Shown in pieces: positions 59,175 to 64,000 of a DNA stretch of 64,000 nucleotides. Source of the stretch: Vicugna vicugna (Eukaryota); the NCBI GenBank assembly GCA_013265495.1, contig MU058463.1:2875523-2939522 (forward strand). Direction: 5' to 3'. The first letter of the stretch is position 1, and every line of letters begins with the position of its first letter. The position numbers were made by a program, and so were the translations under genes. The notes beneath the pieces are model-generated. The model saw only the letters and a list, made by a program, of their open reading frames with translations. It did no database searches and was not told the origin of the DNA.

Positions 59175-61199
59175 ATGAATTCTATATTAGTTGCCTGTGT
59201 TTATCAAAGTTTTTTTTTTTTTAACTGCAGAAACCCTCCAAACACAGCCCTCACTTCAGAGTGGTGGAAGGTAATAAATAACCAGATACCCCCTAATATA
59301 TTTAAGTTGAGGTTCAGGAGCAGAGGCATTTGAAGGCTTTTATGTATTGTTCTAGCCTAAAAATGTTTCTAAGAAAATGTAGCTCAATGACTTTCTTTGG
59401 AGGTTAACAAAAATAAAAACCATCCACTGATCTGTTCAGCCACCGTGTCAAATGCCTCTGTTCATTTGGAACTTTAGTGTAATACCTGCTGTACCAGAGG
59501 TACCAGAGAGTCTCTGTTGGCGACCTGGGTTTAGAGCAGATGCAAAATGTATAAAATTTCTTAATAGCTGGGGTTCTGTCTTCTGAAGTCATACTACTGT
59601 AGCCAAATCTTTTTAATTTCACCGGCAAATCTGTGAAACAAGAACGCTAGCTGTTCAAAAAAGAAGAATACATTTTAAAATCTGTGATTTTAAACAGTTA
59701 TTAATGTTTTAAAAAAGCACTAGAGGTATTTTTTCAAATAGATCTCTTTCATCAAGATTGATTTGTTTCTGTTGTTATTAACTTGAAATGTCGTCAAGGT
59801 TTTTAATAAAATACATTTTTTAAATGTTATTTTATAGAAAAGTATGACCAAATCTCATTGTTGGAGAACCAGGAATGAACGAATAAATATTTACAAAGGC
59901 TGTTTTTTTTTAAATCTGCCCCAAACAAATATTGCAGACAAATACATTTGTATTATATAATTATGACCAGTGTATGTAATAAGAACTTAAGCATTTGTTT
60001 TGTATTAAGTAAAATCCTTACCAAATAAAGAGAAGACAATATTATGTTGATAAAACAAATCATGAGAGTACATGCTTTGCAGAGTTTCCTACTTTATGTA
60101 GGACTGTGCAAAACAAGAAACACCCTGCTGTCTGGTAAGTGAATCTTTGTACTGCCCAAAGGAATAATAAGACTATTCTAAGACAACTGTAACTGTCAAT
60201 CCACGAGAAACAAGTAAACAAGCAAACAAACTTCCTCCTGGAGAGAACGCAAAGGCTTGCCACTCAGCGGTAGTTAACCTCTCAAAAGTTTTCTGTTTCT
60301 GAAGATCTCAACTTCACTCTAAGTGAACCCCGGCGCCAGTCAGTGGGTGAAAACAGAGTGGCTCCGGTTCGGTTAATCTTAAATTAAGCTGGAGAGAGTG
60401 GGAAAATTGTGCTGTTTGCATTTTGGCTTCTCAGGAAATGTGGTGATGGAGTAGGAAAGGCAAAGGAAAAGTAAGCATATACTGCATCTGCCACGTTTCA
60501 TCCATTGGTTTTAAATTTCTTTTTCCCAGTCCTAGCTCCGGGTCCTACTCCTTTTGTAGGTCTAGAAAATAATGTCCTCAAGACGCTTCAACTAACTTCT
60601 AAATAGATTTTTGTTTAAATGCGTGTTCTGAAATTGCTCTCAACTTCGATTACACTCTCATAAATAAACTAGGCACCACTACCGTGATTTATCGATTTTT
60701 ACTCTCTTGTGATATTAAGATGACTTCGGTCCCGTTCCTACACTTGGCCGCGGGGAGGGAGGACAGGGCGCCCTGGGCTCAGAACGCACCTGGCCAGCTC
60801 CTGCTTTCAGCCCCCTGCCCTGTTTCCCTGGCTTCCCCCGCCAACCCTGCGTGAAACACCCCTACTCCATCTTTCACTTGGATGGGCTTTCATAGTCTAA
60901 TCCGTGAAGCTGTAATTTTGACTTCCGCGCGCTGGCTAAAAGCAGCGTTCCCCACCGCATTAGAACTGTCTTGGTGGCCAGCGGGGTGATAAAGGTGATA
61001 ACCAGAATTATTCCCGGTTGGTTCTGCTGCTGGGTGTTACTGCCGCTGCAGTCTTAGCCTCAGTCCTCGCGGGCAGTTTTAAAGGAGAATGCAAGCTTAA
61101 TTGATTTTTTAAAAACAGCAGCCGAATTCTAATTCTCACGGGGGGGCCTCTTTCCCACCTGCGAGATAAGCCTTGTCGCAATAATTACGTTATTTAATA

Positions 61200-62170
61200 T
61201 TTGATCAAACCTTTGTGCCACCCCGGCTGGCGGGACCGGGACGCCTCACGCCCGCCGGGGGCAGCGGGCAAGCGGCGCGGCCCGAGCGGGGCGGGACACG
61301 TGCGGCCTCCTCGCTCAAGTTGGCTTGCCCTTTGAATAATTCATGGCCTGAGAGTTCTGGAAATTAATAAAATGAATGACAACAAGAAGCTAATTAAAAA
61401 CTTCGTAACTGCTGTCAAGTCAGCTTGATGGGAGAAGGGCAGCTCTCCTGTTCTCCTCCCCGAAATCTGATGGATCCGTAGGGCACAGCGAGGGCCCCTC
61501 TGAATCTGGAGCGGCCAAACGCTCCTCAAGCTTCAGGAGACCGCCTGGTGGTGCAGCTCCCTTCCCTCCAACCGGCGTCTGCAGCCGGCCCGCCTCCCTG
61601 TCTGGACATCGGACTTAGGAGCGGGTGGGTTGGCGGGTGCCGTTTCAAACCACAGACAGAGCTGATTGGGTCAGAATTTGCAGCCAGGAGGGGACCCGGC
61701 CTCCCCAGACCCAGGCAGGGTTCTCGCTTTCCGGGAAAACACCCATCCAACCCGAGCAGTCCGCGCGGGAATCCCAGCGCGCAAAGCGTGCGAGCCGCGG
61801 CTGAGAGACCGCGATGCGCCGGATCCGCGCCCCTCCGCCATCTGCCCCGAGGCTCGCGGCCCGGAGGCTTCCAACTGCCAGAGGCCGCAACTCCTCTCGT
61901 ACGGACGAATAGCCACCGCCTACCGAGCCTGGTCCGGACTTAGCCTGGCGGCAGAGCACCGGAGCGGGTCTAACGCAAGAGTCGCTGGCGTCCGGCGCGC
62001 GTGCGCAGGCGTGACCGGCGGGGTGCGGACCGCGGAGAGCGCCGGGCGGACGGGGCGCGCACGAAGCGCGGGGAGCGCGCTGAGACCGCGCATGCGTGTT
62101 GCGTGCGCTGAGTCCCCTCGGAGAATTGAGCCGGAGTTCCTCAGCTGGTAATTAGACGCTCCGGAGGGTC
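61200..62170. promoter_or_regulatory. Downstream orphan CpG island
   Basis: CpG-dense with NRF1-like GCGCGTGCGCA and CGCGCATGCGTG motifs; no credible ORF. Confidence 0.7.
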
Positions 62171-63804
62171 CTTTCCCACCCTGTTAGTGCTTTTGAGGAC
62201 GTCCTTCGAGAAAAGGGAAGGGGCCAGCATCTCACAGAGGTTAAAAATACTCCCCTCTCCATAGTCTGCCTAAGTCAATAGACGCCTTAAACACCACAAA
62301 ACTTTCAAAACTGGTTGACGTTTTTAAAAAAGAATTGGGAGCAATAAGGTCTTGGCTTTTGTTTTGTTGTTAGGGTGCACACCAGCAAAGCTTTCCTACG
62401 AATTTAACCTTATTAGGCAAGAATTTATACCCGTGGCGGGAGGAAGGCTGGTCGCTAGGCATTCGTCCCGGAGAATTCCGTGGAGTCCTGGATCGCAAAA
62501 CGGAGGTTGAAAGTCTTGAGTTCCAAAGAAACTGGAAAAGTCCAAGGAGGGAGGACAGCGTCCTCCCATCCCCTGCCCCAAGCCCGAATGGCCCGGAGGT
62601 CGCGTCTCTCCGATTTAGAAAGCGAAGAGAATAAGAAAAGGAGAAGGGAAACTGAAGAAACGTGGAAAAAAGAAGTAGCAAAAGGAGGGATGGAGGAGGG
62701 AGAGAGGCAGACTCCTTGCATTGATTAGGTAAAACGAATACAAACAAAAGTTTGGTAACTGACGCCTAGCTTCAGTGCAGCATGATGCATACAAACTTTT
62801 GTAGCCATGGATCAGAATAAAACAATGTGTCGACAATTTCCAGCAGTGGAAATTCACTTACACCAGTCTCCCCAGACCCTCCCTCGGCCCCCCGCCCCCG
62901 CCAAGTGTTGACAATAAACATTTAATGAAGGCAGAGACCTGGCTGTCTCCAGTCGGTGTCAGAATACTTTAAGCAGACCATTAGCACGGCTTCTTCCACT
63001 TCAAACATCGCGCGCTACATTCTAACATTATATATTAAAAAACAAAACAAAAGTGTGAGACAAATAATATGTTTATACGGATATCTTAAGTGGTCTGCAG
63101 TTCTGATACCCCTGTACTTATTAACAGAAACTAACTCATTGTAGAGCACTCGCGCTTAAAAAATGTTAAATACAGTTAATGCAATATTAATCGCCCTTTG
63201 GTGATATAAAATGCAATATTTTCAGGCAGCTATCGAGCTTTTCTAGAGGAAGAGCTGATGAAAAGAGTCACAGCTGAATAGTGGAGAGAAAAAGCCCGGT
63301 ATTTATTGCTTTTGTTTGGCTTTTGGCTACAGAGACAGGAACCTTCTAATGGGGTAAGGACATTTATTTTATCTGCAATCTATTGCTGCGAGAGCAGGGG
63401 CGGCAGATGGGGCTGGTGCGATAGTCACAGTATAATTTAGAGCAAATCCTAATAACTAATAATGATTTATGTTAATTTTGATCACTTATGCGACTTTACC
63501 AAAGCGTTGTGATGAAAGAAAGAGAAAGAGAAGCAGAATGTGACAAGGAGCTCTGAGGCTGAGATTGGAGCTCAACTATCCTGCTTAAAACGTGTTTTAT
63601 GAGTTAGCAATGGAAATACAGGCATTTAAAAAAGCAGGTCGGATCCATTTGACTCTGGGCAGAGGTATATCCCCAGGGCTTTCATTTCCTCCGGAAAGAT
63701 ACCTAAATCAGAGGAACCGTGATGCCTTTGAGCGGGAGTCTCTTTCATTCCAGTTTTAAAGAAAACAGATATGTTCCAATTGTTTCATTTGCTTATATTC
63801 AACT

Positions 63805-63808
<4 letters not shown>

Positions 63809-63866
<58 letters not shown>
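63809..63866. repeat. (GT)29 microsatellite
   Basis: Read directly from the sequence. Confidence 0.97.
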
Positions 63867-63868
<2 letters not shown>

Positions 63869-64000
63869 GGGAATTAAGTGTGTGAGAGACTCCGAGGTTT
63901 GAAATCAGCCTTAGCGCCTATGAGCAGGCTCTCGCGCATCGTCGCCACGCCTTATGCAAAAGTTTTATTACTGGGTGCTTAAACAAGTTGCCCTTTCTTA

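Noticed and set aside
61526..62857. ORFs in and after the downstream CpG island
   Set aside because: Low-complexity translations with no homology I recognise and no coherent exon structure.
1..64000. CRISPR arrays, tRNA/rRNA/snoRNA genes, prokaryote-type systems
   Set aside because: The DNA is mammalian. I saw no spaced direct-repeat array or recognisable structural RNA gene, though a covariance-model search would be needed to exclude small RNAs.

Overview
Mammalian genomic DNA. Both genes are on the + strand. (1) A complete 6-exon OBI1/RNF219 gene (RING E3 ligase; CDS exons 5080-5151, 17582-17717, 19871-19962, 22015-22263, 25059-25147, 42384-43899; 2154 nt = 717 aa plus stop, all GT-AG with consistent phases). 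(2) The 2-exon POU4F1 (Brn-3a) gene (CDS 54899-55021, 55663-56663, with an N-gap in the Gly-rich part), flanked by CpG islands at about 48.1-50.1, 54.4-56.7 and 61.2-62.2 kb. OBI1 introns hold a UQCRFS1 processed pseudogene with target-site duplications (TSDs), a 5'-inverted (twin-primed) L1 with a perfect 11-bp TSD, and ancient MLT1, MER20, MER104, Tigger-like, L2 and MIR relics. The young L1 3' ends look cetartiodactyl, and I saw no Alu/B1/Bov/PRE/SINEC elements, so a camelid source is my tentative inference. There are three N-gaps; one is flanked by a false 144-bp duplication. I found no evidence of a wholly new biological system. The best leads are regulatory or protein-motif level: a 310-nt AG-free (123-nt A-free) 3' end of the POU4F1 intron implying a distant branch point, an out-of-frame uORF overlapping the POU4F1 start, POU4-type site clusters up- and downstream of POU4F1, co-oriented CTCF-like motifs between the genes, a CDC6-like cyclin-docking motif in OBI1, and a regenerated 5' splice site at the OBI1 exon 1/2 junction.
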